This document shows positions 10,624-19,884 of a stretch of 64,000 nt of DNA, piece by piece. The position numbers were made by a program, and so were the translations under genes. How positions within the stretch are numbered: the first letter of the stretch is position 1; each line of letters begins with the position of its first letter. The notes under the pieces are model-generated. The model worked only from the letters and a program-made list of their open reading frames with translations. It did no database searches and was not told the origin of the DNA. This DNA comes from an uncultured delta proteobacterium (GTDB taxonomy: Bacteria > Desulfobacterota > Binatia > UBA9968), in contig CAWJBB010000007.1 of NCBI GenBank assembly GCA_963840855.1, forward strand, positions 36,559 to 100,558, read 5' to 3'.

Positions 10624-10716
10624 GGTTCAAGGTTCAATGTTCAAGGTTCAAAGTAGAAGATTCGGATTCAGCTCCGAGTCCGACACTTTGAACTTTGAAC
10701 GTTGAACCTTGAACGG
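10624..10716. repeat. 7-nt-period GTTCAA(N) inverted array between convergent genes
   Basis: ggttcaaggttcaatgttcaaggttcaaag ... ctttgaactttgaacgttgaaccttgaac. Confidence 0.88.
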
Positions 10717-11364
10717 ACTTATCCTGGGGCCGAAGATTAGGAAGGACTGGCGGTCGAGGAAGTCGAATTCACTCGCTAAACGGTAACCGGCCTGTTCCAT
10801 TTCCCGTTTAATGAAGTCGCTGGGGGTGTAGTGTTTCAATAAGCCGCTGAACCAAGACCGGCGGTCGAAATCGATGACCGCCACGCGGCCGCCCGGTCGC
10901 AAAGTCTTGCGCAACGCGGCGAAGTAAGCCACGCGATTTTCGATGTGGTGGTAGGTATTCGAGGTAAAAATCAGATCGATGCGCCCTTCGGGGAGCAAGG
11001 AATCGTTGGGCTTGGCGAGGATAACCTCAACGTTTTGCAAGCCCTGCTCCTTTGCCTTCCGCGCTACGAGCTCGGTCATGTCGTTATCGATATCCACGGC
11101 GTAGACTTTACCCGCGGGACCGGCGGCCTGGGCGAGAAGAAAAGTGAAATAGCCGCTGCCGGCGCCCAGGTCGGCGATGGTCGCGCCGGGACGAATTTGC
11201 AGCGATTGGATCACTCTTTGCGGCTGCTGCCACTCGTCGCGGCTTAAACCCTCATAGGCGCACTGTTTAAGCCCGGCGCAGCCGCTGCAAAGGAAAGCGA
11301 CAAGAAAAAAGGAATGGAAAAAGTCGCGCCGTCGCTCACGTCGCTCCAATGGAAGTTCACTCAC
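10648..11364 (-). CDS. Class I SAM-dependent methyltransferase, probable exported lipoprotein
   Basis: IADLGAGSGYF, VYAVDI, NTYHHI, LRPGGR; RRDFF + hydrophobic stretch + CSGC; start uncertain because the ORF 5' extension to 11475 runs through a REP. Confidence 0.85.
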   Translation of the reverse strand: MSELPLERRERRRDFFHSFFLVAFLCSGCAGLKQCAYEGLSRDEWQQPQRVIQSLQIRPGATIADLGAGSGYFTFLLAQAAGPAGKVYAVDIDNDMTELVARKAKEQGLQNVEVILAKPNDSLLPEGRIDLIFTSNTYHHIENRVAYFAALRKTLRPGGRVAVIDFDRRSWFSGLLKHYTPSDFIKREMEQAGYRLASEFDFLDRQSFLIFGPRISPFKVQRSKFKVSDSELNPNLLL

Positions 11365-11368
11365 AAAA

Positions 11369-11454
11369 TCTCCCCGTCCCCTCTTTTTCAAAGAGGGGTT
11401 AAGAACATCCGACCAACTTCCCCCTTTGCAAAAAGGGGGATCAAGGGAGGTTTG
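11369..11454. repeat. REP-like double hairpin (CCCCTCTTT..AAAGAGGGG / CCCCCTTT..AAAGGGGG)
   Basis: Two GC-rich hairpins seen directly in the sequence. Confidence 0.8.
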
Positions 11455-11557
11455 AGCTCTGAAGAAGGACCGCATTTACCGAGTTGAAAGAAACTGCATT
11501 TTACTGCCGGGCGTACGGCAACATGCAAGAGCACGGATCAAGATCGCACAATCGGCG

Positions 11558-11776
11558 TCAGTCCTGTGGATACAGTTTCTTCCCGGTCTCTTCTTCGTTC
11601 AGGGCAATCGCCTTGGTTGGGCAGAGTTTTGCGGCAAAAAGGATTTTTTCATCGCTGTCGCCCTTGGCGTCGATGACCGACGCGATCATGGTTTTGTCGA
11701 GCTGGAACACCTTGGGCGAAACCTGGACGCACTTGGCATACCCTTCGCATTTGGTGCGATCCACGGTGATTTTCAT
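11558..11776 (-). CDS. Ferredoxin (probable 3Fe-4S type)
   Basis: MKITVDRTKCEGYAKC...CPTKAI; RBS GGAGGG upstream of ATG 11776. Confidence 0.88.
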   Translation of the reverse strand: MKITVDRTKCEGYAKCVQVSPKVFQLDKTMIASVIDAKGDSDEKILFAAKLCPTKAIALNEEETGKKLYPQD

Positions 11777-11835
11777 GCTGTCCCTCCGAGTTGAATGCCG
11801 ATTCGCAATCGACTTCCTCTTTATCTTCAGCGGCT

Positions 11836-13008
11836 TCAATTGCCCAAACGATAGAGCTTGGCGGCGTTTTCGCGGTTTAGCTTTTTCTTGACGGCGGGGT
11901 CGATCCCCGCGCAATTGTGTTCGACGGTTTCTTTGGAATAGGGCCAAGTGGTCACGCCGTGCGGATAATCGCTTGCCCAGAGGAAATTATCCTCTCCATA
12001 AACAGGGGTGGTGAGAACGCCCGCACGATCGTCCTGGTAAGTAAAGAATGCGTTGGTTTTGAAATATTCGCTGGGCGGCAGCTTATTGATATTTAGCTCC
12101 GCGTCGAAGGTGCTCGCGCGGCCGAACCAGTAATCGACCTGCTGGACCAAATTGGCGACCCAGCCGACGTCGAACTCGGCACAGACGACTTTTAACTTTG
12201 GATATCGGTCGAAGACGCCCGACAAAATCATGTTGCCGAGAAACTGCTGCGCCGGTACTTGCTTGTTGGCAAAGCCGAGGCTCTGTTTTTTCGGTTCTAC
12301 CTCGCGCGGGCCTTCGTAATGCGTGCGCGCGACGCCCTGGGTGACGCTGGTGTGGACGTTGATGACCATACCGGTCTCTTCCAGCGCGCTCCACATGGGT
12401 TCGTACTTGGGCTCGTAGTAGCCGCTGTCCTTTATGCGCGTGGGGATCTGCACGCCGCGGAAGCCGAGCTTGGCGTAGTGCTGGATATCCGCGACGGTGT
12501 GCGCCATGTCCAGGATCGGAATGAGCGCCAGGCCGATGAGCCTTTTCGGCGCGGCGCTGCAGAACTCATGGAGCCATTCGTTGTAAGAGTGAAATACGGC
12601 GCGTTGAAAGGGCTCGTCGACGATGCTGTAGAGCTGGCGCACGGCGCTTGAAAAGAGAATTTCCGCTTCGACGCCGTCGGTATCCTGATCTTTTAAGCGA
12701 GCGCCGGGCTCCCAGCCGCCGGGGTAGTCTTCGTAGCGAAAAGCTTCGTTGAAGCGAATAGTCTCGAAGTGTTTTTTTTGCTCGACTTCGGAGATTCCCC
12801 GGTTCTTGCCCACAGCCAAACCTTGGGAATAGTGCGATAAGCCGACTGGCGGCAGGCCATCGATGAGCAGCCAGATGCCTTTGGGCACACCAGGTGGGTC
12901 TTTCACAACTTTGGGCGCGCGTTCGCCGTATTCTTTCTGGACGCGCTCCCAGGCTGCCGGCGGTTCATTGACGTGGCTATCGGCCGATATAAGTTTGAAA
13001 TCTGGCAT
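11836..13008 (-). CDS. Amidohydrolase_2 family protein
   Basis: ISADSHV, FDRYPKLKVVCAE, WASDYPH motifs. Confidence 0.92.
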   Translation of the reverse strand: MPDFKLISADSHVNEPPAAWERVQKEYGERAPKVVKDPPGVPKGIWLLIDGLPPVGLSHYSQGLAVGKNRGISEVEQKKHFETIRFNEAFRYEDYPGGWEPGARLKDQDTDGVEAEILFSSAVRQLYSIVDEPFQRAVFHSYNEWLHEFCSAAPKRLIGLALIPILDMAHTVADIQHYAKLGFRGVQIPTRIKDSGYYEPKYEPMWSALEETGMVINVHTSVTQGVARTHYEGPREVEPKKQSLGFANKQVPAQQFLGNMILSGVFDRYPKLKVVCAEFDVGWVANLVQQVDYWFGRASTFDAELNINKLPPSEYFKTNAFFTYQDDRAGVLTTPVYGEDNFLWASDYPHGVTTWPYSKETVEHNCAGIDPAVKKKLNRENAAKLYRLGN

Positions 13009-13235
13009 AGTTTTTCTCCCGTGAAATTATTTTGCGTGCTGTAAACGATATGGGACGTTGGGGGAGCTTGTCAAGGCACGCGCTCCTCCCGAGCGCAACT
13101 TGGATTGGCGCACGTGCCTGCTTGAGGGTCTCTTTTAGCTGGCGTTAAGAGAAGGTTCAAGCTGGTAAATCTCCCGTCCACGATACCGGGTCGAAAGCCG
13201 CTGATCCATTTGCGTTCCTGCCGCAACTCACAGGT

Positions 13236-13264
13236 TTGACACTCCTCCGGCGCGGCTGTAGATT
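13236..13264 (+). promoter_or_regulatory. Sigma70-like promoter for the VOC operon
   Basis: TTGACA(13236)-17 nt-TAGATT(13259); a divergent TTGACA-18-TATCGT lies at 13074-13045 on the minus strand. Confidence 0.65.
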
Positions 13265-13329
13265 TTCGCTACGGTCGCAAAGGCGGCGGCCGCGTTAAGC
13301 GCGAAATTTTCCCGCAACAAGGAGCAATC

Positions 13330-14181
13330 ATGATCGCACCACTTACTTTATACGCCACGCATATGGAATGCCGTAACCTGCGCGAATCCATGGCGGTGAT
13401 GACCGACCTGCTGGCGTTTGAACAGATTTTAGAGAAGCCTGGTGAAGCGACGCTCAAGCATCCGAACACGGACTGGCGGCTGGTGCTGCACGAGGCGGGA
13501 CCGGACGCGCCGGCAAAGCAGATGCACAATCACTGGGGCGTGCGGGTGGCGACGGCGGAAGAAGTGGACAGAGCCTACGAATATCTCGTGGCGCACAAAG
13601 CTGAATACAAACTGGGCGCCATCGGCAAGCCGACCTGGAGTCATGGCTCGTACTCCTGCTATTTCGTCGAGCCAGGCACCAACGGCTGGGAGATCGAATG
13701 CTACGAAGCGGTTAACCGAAAAGAAGCGACGGCGCAAAGCTTCGGCAGCGTGAAGACGCCGCATTGGACGGAAGTTTTACCTGAAGAACGATTTCCCGGG
13801 CGCGGCTATGTGCCGCAGGGATTTACCCACGGCACGTTAGTGGCCATCGACTTGAATGCCAGCCATGATTTTTACACCAAAGTGTTGGGCTTGGAGGTCC
13901 ATCACTTCCGCAATATCGTGATTTACGTTAAGCATCCGAGAACCAAGACTTATATCGTCTGTGCCGAACGCAAAAACTTCAAAGTGTTTTCGCCAAACTT
14001 CCGCAACACTATGACCGTTGAATCCCGAGACGCCGTCAAAGATGCCTACCGCGAATTTACCGAGTTGGGCAAGGAATGGGGCGTGCGGGAGCTGTTTCCA
14101 CTGCAAGAATCCGGCTCGGCGCTGTCATTCTGTTTTAGAGACCCCGGCACCAATTGCTGGGAAATTTCTTCGCCAAACTGA
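13330..14181 (+). CDS. Two-domain VOC/glyoxalase family protein
   Basis: HWGV, YFVEPGTNGWEIE, HGTL, FYTKVLGLE, FRDPGTNCWEI. Confidence 0.85.
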   Translation: MIAPLTLYATHMECRNLRESMAVMTDLLAFEQILEKPGEATLKHPNTDWRLVLHEAGPDAPAKQMHNHWGVRVATAEEVDRAYEYLVAHKAEYKLGAIGKPTWSHGSYSCYFVEPGTNGWEIECYEAVNRKEATAQSFGSVKTPHWTEVLPEERFPGRGYVPQGFTHGTLVAIDLNASHDFYTKVLGLEVHHFRNIVIYVKHPRTKTYIVCAERKNFKVFSPNFRNTMTVESRDAVKDAYREFTELGKEWGVRELFPLQESGSALSFCFRDPGTNCWEISSPN

Positions 14182-14188
14182 GGTGGTT

Positions 14189-15217
14189 ATGAGGGAAAAG
14201 TCACTGGAACAAATGGGACTTAGCGATCTACGCGCTCTGGCGCGCGAGCGCATGCCCGCCGAGGCATGGCATCATTTCAACGGCGCCGCGGAGACCAGGG
14301 CGACCTTTTACAGAAACCCGCGCGCGTTTCAAAAGTATCTCTTTCGCCAGAGAATTTTTCACGACGTGACCGAACCGGATATTTCCATCGAACTATTCGG
14401 CCGCAGGCTGCCGATCCCCGCTATCACGGCGCCGGTGGGGAGCTTCAGCCTTATCGGTAAGGAAACTGAACGGGAAGTAGCGGAAGGGACGGCGAACGTC
14501 GGCGCGATGATGTTTACCAGCCAGGCGGCCAAGTTCGATCCCAAAGGCTGGCGCCAAGCGGCCAAGTCGCCGCTAGTTTTCATGGCCTACATGAACCGCG
14601 GCAAGGAAGAGGTGAGCGAGTACGCGAAGACGGCTCAAGACTTGGACTTCGCGGCGGTAGGGATAACGATGGATACGGTGAAACCGGTCAAGATCGGCGA
14701 TGAAGTACCGATGTCTACGAAAGATGGCAAGCCCCGCAAGGGTCACAAGTCGACTCTCAAGGACATCGAGTGGCTGAAGCAACAGGTAAATCTCCCGGTT
14801 GTGGTCAAGGGAATCATGGGCGCCGACGACGCCCGGGGCGCGGTTAATGCCGGCGCGGACGCCGTGGTGGTCTCGAATCACGGCGGCAGGATTCTCGACT
14901 TCAATCGAGCGGCGCTGGAGGCGCTGCCGGAAGTCGTCGAGGCGGTCGGCGACAGAGTGCCGGTGATACTCGACAGCGGTGTGCGCAGCGGCGGCGATAT
15001 CGTAAAAGCGCTGGCGCTTGGCGCCACGGCGATTCTTGCGGGCCGTCCGGTGGCCTGGGGCGTAGCGGCCTTCGGCGCGCGTGGCGTCGAACGGGTTTTC
15101 GCGATTTTCGAAGAAGAGATGAAACGCGTGATGTGCATGACGGGAGTAGCCAAAGTCAGCGAAGTGACCAAATCGATTCTATTTCGCGACGAGACCGGGG
15201 AGGTACGCCGATTATGA
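14189..15217 (+). CDS. FMN-dependent alpha-hydroxy acid oxidase/dehydrogenase family protein
   Basis: PVVVKGI, VSNHGGR, DSGVRSGGDIVKALALGA. Confidence 0.92.
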   Translation: MREKSLEQMGLSDLRALARERMPAEAWHHFNGAAETRATFYRNPRAFQKYLFRQRIFHDVTEPDISIELFGRRLPIPAITAPVGSFSLIGKETEREVAEGTANVGAMMFTSQAAKFDPKGWRQAAKSPLVFMAYMNRGKEEVSEYAKTAQDLDFAAVGITMDTVKPVKIGDEVPMSTKDGKPRKGHKSTLKDIEWLKQQVNLPVVVKGIMGADDARGAVNAGADAVVVSNHGGRILDFNRAALEALPEVVEAVGDRVPVILDSGVRSGGDIVKALALGATAILAGRPVAWGVAAFGARGVERVFAIFEEEMKRVMCMTGVAKVSEVTKSILFRDETGEVRRL

Positions 15218-15771
15218 GCTGGGTGTTTTGGGGCATTATTTTGGTATTTGCAGGCTGGGTCATCTGGACCTACAACGGACTGGTGGCGCTGCGAAACCAG
15301 TTGCAAAATGCCTGGAAACAAATCGACGTGCAATTAAAACGCCGCTACGATCTGATTCCCAACCTGGTGGAAACTGTCAAGGGCTACATGAAGCACGAGC
15401 AGGACACGCTGCAGAAGGTCATCGAGGCGCGCAGCAAGGCGATGGCATCGACGGGAGTCAAGGAGTCCGCCGAAGCGCAAAGCGCGCTATCCCAGTCCCT
15501 CGGAAAAATCTTTTTGCTCATGGAAAACTATCCAGACCTGAAGGCCAACCAGAACGTATTGCATCTGCAAGAGGAGCTGACGACGACGGAAAACCAGATC
15601 GCCTTTTCGCGCCAATATTACAATGATCTCGTCATGCGCTTTAACATGCAGCAGGAAGTGTTTCCCGCGAACATGATCGCGTCTTTTTTCCGGTTCCAGC
15701 CGAGTGAATTTTTCAACGTTGCCGAACCTGAAAAGAGCGTCCCACGGGTCAATCTCACGTTGCCGGCTTAA
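15214..15771 (+). CDS. lemA: LemA family protein
   Basis: YNGLV, IDVQLKRRYDLIPNLVETVKGY, ENYPDLKAN. Confidence 0.95.
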   Translation: MSWVFWGIILVFAGWVIWTYNGLVALRNQLQNAWKQIDVQLKRRYDLIPNLVETVKGYMKHEQDTLQKVIEARSKAMASTGVKESAEAQSALSQSLGKIFLLMENYPDLKANQNVLHLQEELTTTENQIAFSRQYYNDLVMRFNMQQEVFPANMIASFFRFQPSEFFNVAEPEKSVPRVNLTLPA

Positions 15772-15786
15772 TCGAGGGATCAGTTT

Positions 15787-16075
15787 CTGGAGCCGCGCAA
15801 GCCTCAAGATTTCGCCGCCCGCCAGGCGCGCAACGCCCGAGCCAGCGGCGTCATCGTTTTTTGCTTTCTGATTTTTTTTCTGCTCCTCGGGCTGTCGGTC
15901 GACTACGTGTATCTAGGCGCCTTTACAGCGGGCGGCCCGCGCTTTCCCATCGCCACCGCAAGCGCGCTCATTTTCGCGCTCGTCATGACGCTCACGGCCT
16001 ATGGCTTTGGCGGCAATCTGATCCTTGCTTCCGTCGGCGCAGAAAGTCTGGACATCAAGGTTCCTGAACATCGCG
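15787..16075 (+). pseudogene. N-terminal part of an HtpX-like M48 peptidase, truncated at a poly-C junction
   Basis: Directly after lemA; DFAARQARNARAS + two TMs + LILASVGA..PEHR; then low-complexity poly-C; probable CTG start after GAGGG. Confidence 0.6.
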
Positions 16076-16104
16076 ACTCAAAGTTTACGAAACTCCTATA
16101 CTTC

Positions 16105-16160
16105 CTCCCTACCCCCTCCCCCCCAACCCCCCCCCCCCCCCCCCCCTCCCCCCCCCCCCC
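16105..16160. other. Poly-C tract, probable sequencing/assembly artefact junction
   Basis: ~55 nt almost pure C joining unrelated coding fragments. Confidence 0.75.
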
Positions 16161-16416
16161 GCTCAATCGCGGCCAAATGCGGCGGTATAAGGATCATCAA
16201 AGACGAGTCCAATTGAATAAAATGGGCGCGGACGCGATCATCAAAAAGATTCCCCAGGTTTATGAAAACCCCGAGTCGTGGGTCGTAAAGGGCACCCAGG
16301 GGATGATGGCCTATCCGGGCATGGTCGATGATTCGGCGGACGGACTCGAGCCTAGTTTGGGTGGGGTGGTCGCGACGATCTTGCAAACCCTCCTGCGCGC
16401 GGTATTAGGCGTTTAA
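16161..16416 (+). CDS. 3' fragment of an unidentified gene
   Basis: Open frame after the poly-C ending ATILQTLLRAVLGV*; not HtpX-like. Confidence 0.35.
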
Positions 16417-16451
16417 CCGGGCGTCATACCGCGCCCGTGCCGCGCGGCAGA

Positions 16452-16838
16452 TCACGTCTGAGACAATGACACCAGATCAATTTCCACCAAGGCATTGCGC
16501 GGCAATTCGGCCACAGCGACGGTAGAACGGGCCGGCTTGGAGTTGCCAAGATATTCCGCGTAGACCTCGTTCATGGCGGCAAAATCGGCCATATTCTTCA
16601 GGAACACCGTCGCCTTGACCACCTGACTCATCGATGATCCAGAAGCCGCCAAGACCGCTTTGAGATTTTCCAACACCCGGCGTGTCTGTTCCTTAATGCC
16701 GCCTTCAACGAAATTGCCGGTCTCCGGGTCGATGGGGATCTGACCGGCGGTGTAAACGAAACCGTTGGCTTTGATCGCTTGCGCGTAGGGGCCGATCGCC
16801 TTGGGCGCGTGATCGGTGTTGAAAGCTTCTCGTGCCAT
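16452..16838 (-). CDS. ridA: RidA/YjgF enamine-imine deaminase
   Basis: APKAIGPYAQA, AGQIP, DFAAMNEVY, PARSTVAV..LP..LVEID. Confidence 0.93.
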   Translation of the reverse strand: MAREAFNTDHAPKAIGPYAQAIKANGFVYTAGQIPIDPETGNFVEGGIKEQTRRVLENLKAVLAASGSSMSQVVKATVFLKNMADFAAMNEVYAEYLGNSKPARSTVAVAELPRNALVEIDLVSLSQT

Positions 16839-16987
16839 TTTTTTCTCCTTTTTTCGGCGCGCTGCACCCATGGTAGCGCAGCGGGGCAAGGCATCGCAAA
16901 CAGGTTGGCGCCGCTTGGGTTTCTCTTGCGCGCTGAAAGCTAACCGTCCTATGATGGCCGCGCAATCGCGGCGATCAAGGAGGCAGC

Positions 16988-18424
16988 ATGAAAGCAGCGG
17001 CGATTCTCTTCGCGGTTCTGTTACCAGCTTCGTTAGCGTGGTCCCACGGCCCTGGTCACGACTCCGAATCATTCTTGGGCGCGCCATTTTGGGTCTGGGG
17101 CGTAGGCCTGGGGCTTTTGGCAAGTGTTGCGGCGGTTCTATATTTTCAAGCCAAGCGCGGCAGGCTTGGCGGCGAGCGCTTTAGGGGATTTAGCCGAAAC
17201 GCCAAGCTGTTGCTGATTCGCAGTCCCTTCAGCGGCCTTTCGGTGAGCCTGCTCCGGCTGCTTTTTAATCTGTATCTTCTCGCCGTCGGGTTCGATCTCC
17301 TCTTTGTCGCGAAGTTCGCGGCCATCAACTGGACCTTTCACGGGCTCTCTGTCATTCCGGCGGGAATCCTTTCCGACTTGTTCGGCCGCCGGCGCGTTTT
17401 TCTGATCTCCTACGCCGGCAATCTATTGACCACGACGGCGATTATCTTTGTCACTGACCCCCAATGGCTGCTGATATTGGCGGGGGTCATCGGCTTTTTC
17501 GAAGGAGGTCACGCCATCGTCGGCCCGCCATTCATGGTGGAGCAGAGCAAACCCAGTGAGCGCGTCAATCTCTTTAGCCTCAACGGCGGCATCCAGGTCG
17601 CCGCGGCGAGCGTCGGCAACCTGGCTGCCGGCGTATTGCCGCTGGTGTTTGCGTCGCTATTTCACATCGGCCCCGAAAGCGAGTGGGCGCGCCGCGCCGC
17701 TTTGCTCTGCGCGGTACCGATCATGTTCTGCTCGGTAATTCCCATCTATTTGATCAAAGAAGAGTGGAAGCCCATCGATATCCGGCGCTGGTTCAAAGAC
17801 ATCGAAAACTACCCGCGCATCGGGATGCTGGCGTTAACCGAGGGGTTGATCGGTCTCGGGTTGGGATTTTCGGCGCCGTTTTTCAACGTGTTCTTCGAAC
17901 AGCATCTCGGAGCGTCGACGCTTCAGATCGGCGCCATCTTCGCCACCGCGTCGGTTCTAACGGCGATCATGACGATATTTATTCCTTACCTGGTGGCGCG
18001 CCTGGGGCGGGTGCGCACCGTAACGTTTGTGAAGCTCGCCGGGCTGCCGGCGCTCATTATGCTGGGCATGTCTCACGACATCGTTTGGGCGGGCGTATTC
18101 TACGTGCTCGCGATTCTTTTCATCGGCGGGCCGTATCCGAACAAAGGCATTTCCGATCCGATATACACACTTTTTGCGATGGAAGTCGTCAAAGAGCGCG
18201 AGCGCGGCACGACCAACGGCATCATGCACGCCTTTGTCGAATTTCCCATGGGAATCGGCGCGGGGCTAGCGGGCTCGTTCATGGCGGTGGGAGATTGGCA
18301 ATCGGCCTACGTTCTGGGCGGGACGATCTTCGGCCTCGCGTTTGTTCTTTACTATCTCTATTTCGCCCGGCTCGATGTGCCGGAGGCTGGGTTAGAGCCG
18401 GCGACTGCAAGGAGTCGGGCCTAG
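16988..18424 (+). CDS. MFS transporter with extra N-terminal signal peptide and TM
   Basis: Motif A (GILSDLFGRRR), ~12 TMs, ERERG; N-terminus ASLAWS-HGPGHD. Confidence 0.88.
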   Translation: MKAAAILFAVLLPASLAWSHGPGHDSESFLGAPFWVWGVGLGLLASVAAVLYFQAKRGRLGGERFRGFSRNAKLLLIRSPFSGLSVSLLRLLFNLYLLAVGFDLLFVAKFAAINWTFHGLSVIPAGILSDLFGRRRVFLISYAGNLLTTTAIIFVTDPQWLLILAGVIGFFEGGHAIVGPPFMVEQSKPSERVNLFSLNGGIQVAAASVGNLAAGVLPLVFASLFHIGPESEWARRAALLCAVPIMFCSVIPIYLIKEEWKPIDIRRWFKDIENYPRIGMLALTEGLIGLGLGFSAPFFNVFFEQHLGASTLQIGAIFATASVLTAIMTIFIPYLVARLGRVRTVTFVKLAGLPALIMLGMSHDIVWAGVFYVLAILFIGGPYPNKGISDPIYTLFAMEVVKERERGTTNGIMHAFVEFPMGIGAGLAGSFMAVGDWQSAYVLGGTIFGLAFVLYYLYFARLDVPEAGLEPATARSRA

Positions 18425-18429
18425 TCGCA

Positions 18430-18624
18430 ATGATGAGACTCCTTACGGCGCACAAAATTTTGATCGCCACGGCGGTGATCTTTTTCGTCTTCTTCGCGCT
18501 GTGGGAATTACGCAATCATGCCAACACCAACGATGGCTGGGCGGTGTTTCGCGCCGCTTTGTACTTTCTGGTGGCCATCGGCTTTGGAGTCTATTTCAAG
18601 AATCTGAAACGATGGTATAAATGA
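18430..18624 (+). CDS. Small two-TM membrane protein (64 aa)
   Basis: MMRLLTAHKILIATAVIFFVFFALW...YFLVAIGFGVYFK; GGAG upstream; fills the gap in the operon. Confidence 0.7.
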   Translation: MMRLLTAHKILIATAVIFFVFFALWELRNHANTNDGWAVFRAALYFLVAIGFGVYFKNLKRWYK

Positions 18625-18643
18625 GCCTAGTGCGCATGGAAAA

Positions 18644-18925
18644 ATGGAACCCTCGCCGTTTTTAGTCGAAGTGTCCGACGAAGAGGTCCGCGGCGAGCGG
18701 CGCAAAGCGCGGGAGCTGCGCACCAGCCAGTGGTGGAAGCGCAGGCGCGCCGCCGGCATCTGCCATCACTGCGGCGCGAAATTTCCGCCCAAGGAATTGA
18801 CTATGGACCACCTCGTCCCGCTCATCCGCGGCGGCAAGTCGACCAAGGGCAATTTGGTGCCAAGCTGCAAGCAGTGTAATATCGCGCGCAAGCACCGCTT
18901 GCCTTTTGAAGACCAACGGGCATAG
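18644..18925 (+). CDS. Small HNH endonuclease
   Basis: CHHC..LTMDHLVP..RGG..NLVPSCKQCN. Confidence 0.9.
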   Translation: MEPSPFLVEVSDEEVRGERRKARELRTSQWWKRRRAAGICHHCGAKFPPKELTMDHLVPLIRGGKSTKGNLVPSCKQCNIARKHRLPFEDQRA

Positions 18926-18983
18926 ATCTCGAATCGATGGCGATGGCTCCGTGGTGTCGGGAACTTTTAATGGAGAGCCCATT

Positions 18984-19721
18984 ATGAGTACGGAAACTTT
19001 ATTGGTGCGCACGATGTCTGATACGGTGGAGACGGATATTCACAGAGTGTTGACGATCGCCAACGAATTGTTGCCCCGTTATGACCGGGCGCCGCTGTCT
19101 TTCGAGCAGCTGAGAAAAATCGCCGATGGCCCGTTCGACTTGTTTCTGATTCCGCTGATCTTCAGCAAAGAGTTTGCCATCGACCGTAACTTGCCCTTCA
19201 ACGAAGCCAAGCGTGTAGAAATTCGCAGACAGGCGCTGGAGATCGCGCGCAAGCACGGCTTCGATATGAACCCGCCGGGTTTTATCCCGGGCATCGAGGA
19301 ATCGTTAAGAGAAACCAAAGACGCCGGGCTGCGCAACGTCCTCATGACTACCGGTGGACGCCGTTACAAACACCAGGCGATGGAGAAAGCCGGCATCGGC
19401 GGCTACTTCGACGAGATCGTCGACCGCGACGAAACCTATTATGCCAAGGAACAGGGCCTCTATTATCTTTACCGCAAACAAAAGTCTCCGCGCCTGCGCA
19501 TTATTCTACTCACAGGCACAGCGAGCTATATACGCGCCGGCAAAAACGCCGACGGCTGCAAAGTCGGCAGTTCCGAGCTGGAAGTGGTCACCGTAGCGCT
19601 ATCGACCGCGCACGCGTACAACGATGAGGAGACGCTAGGAGCCGCGGGCCCGAAAATGCTCATTCATCGCTACGATGAACTGTTACCGAGTTTGGCGGGC
19701 ATGAATCTTTTGGCCGCTTAA
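18984..19721 (+). CDS. Degenerate HAD-like protein
   Basis: FIPGIEESL..L..AG...MTT, GYFDEIV, GPKMLIHRYDEL resemble PGPase-like HADs; motif I reads TMSDT. Confidence 0.6.
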   Translation: MSTETLLVRTMSDTVETDIHRVLTIANELLPRYDRAPLSFEQLRKIADGPFDLFLIPLIFSKEFAIDRNLPFNEAKRVEIRRQALEIARKHGFDMNPPGFIPGIEESLRETKDAGLRNVLMTTGGRRYKHQAMEKAGIGGYFDEIVDRDETYYAKEQGLYYLYRKQKSPRLRIILLTGTASYIRAGKNADGCKVGSSELEVVTVALSTAHAYNDEETLGAAGPKMLIHRYDELLPSLAGMNLLAA

Positions 19722-19884
19722 AACAATTGCACGCACAGGTGTTAGGATTTTCGGATCCACTGGTATTCTAGAAAATTTTCAGGCTTAAAAACTTCGCTTC
19801 AAGTCGCAATTCAGGCCACCCCTAACCGCGGCCTTGCGGTTTGAATTTACGGCAAGCCGGGCCCACGCAAGAAATTCAGCCTCT

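Noticed and set aside
15907-16416. Poly-proline/poly-glycine ORFs across the C tract
   Set aside because: Translation of a probable artefactual homopolymer joining two unrelated gene fragments
17683-18429. 313-aa ORF overlapping the MFS gene
   Set aside because: Off-frame, Arg-rich shadow; only the last 64 codons (from 18430) look like a real gene
18644-18925. HNH nuclease as a defence or mobile system
   Set aside because: Small standalone HNH type with no adjacent methylase, ATPase or integrase
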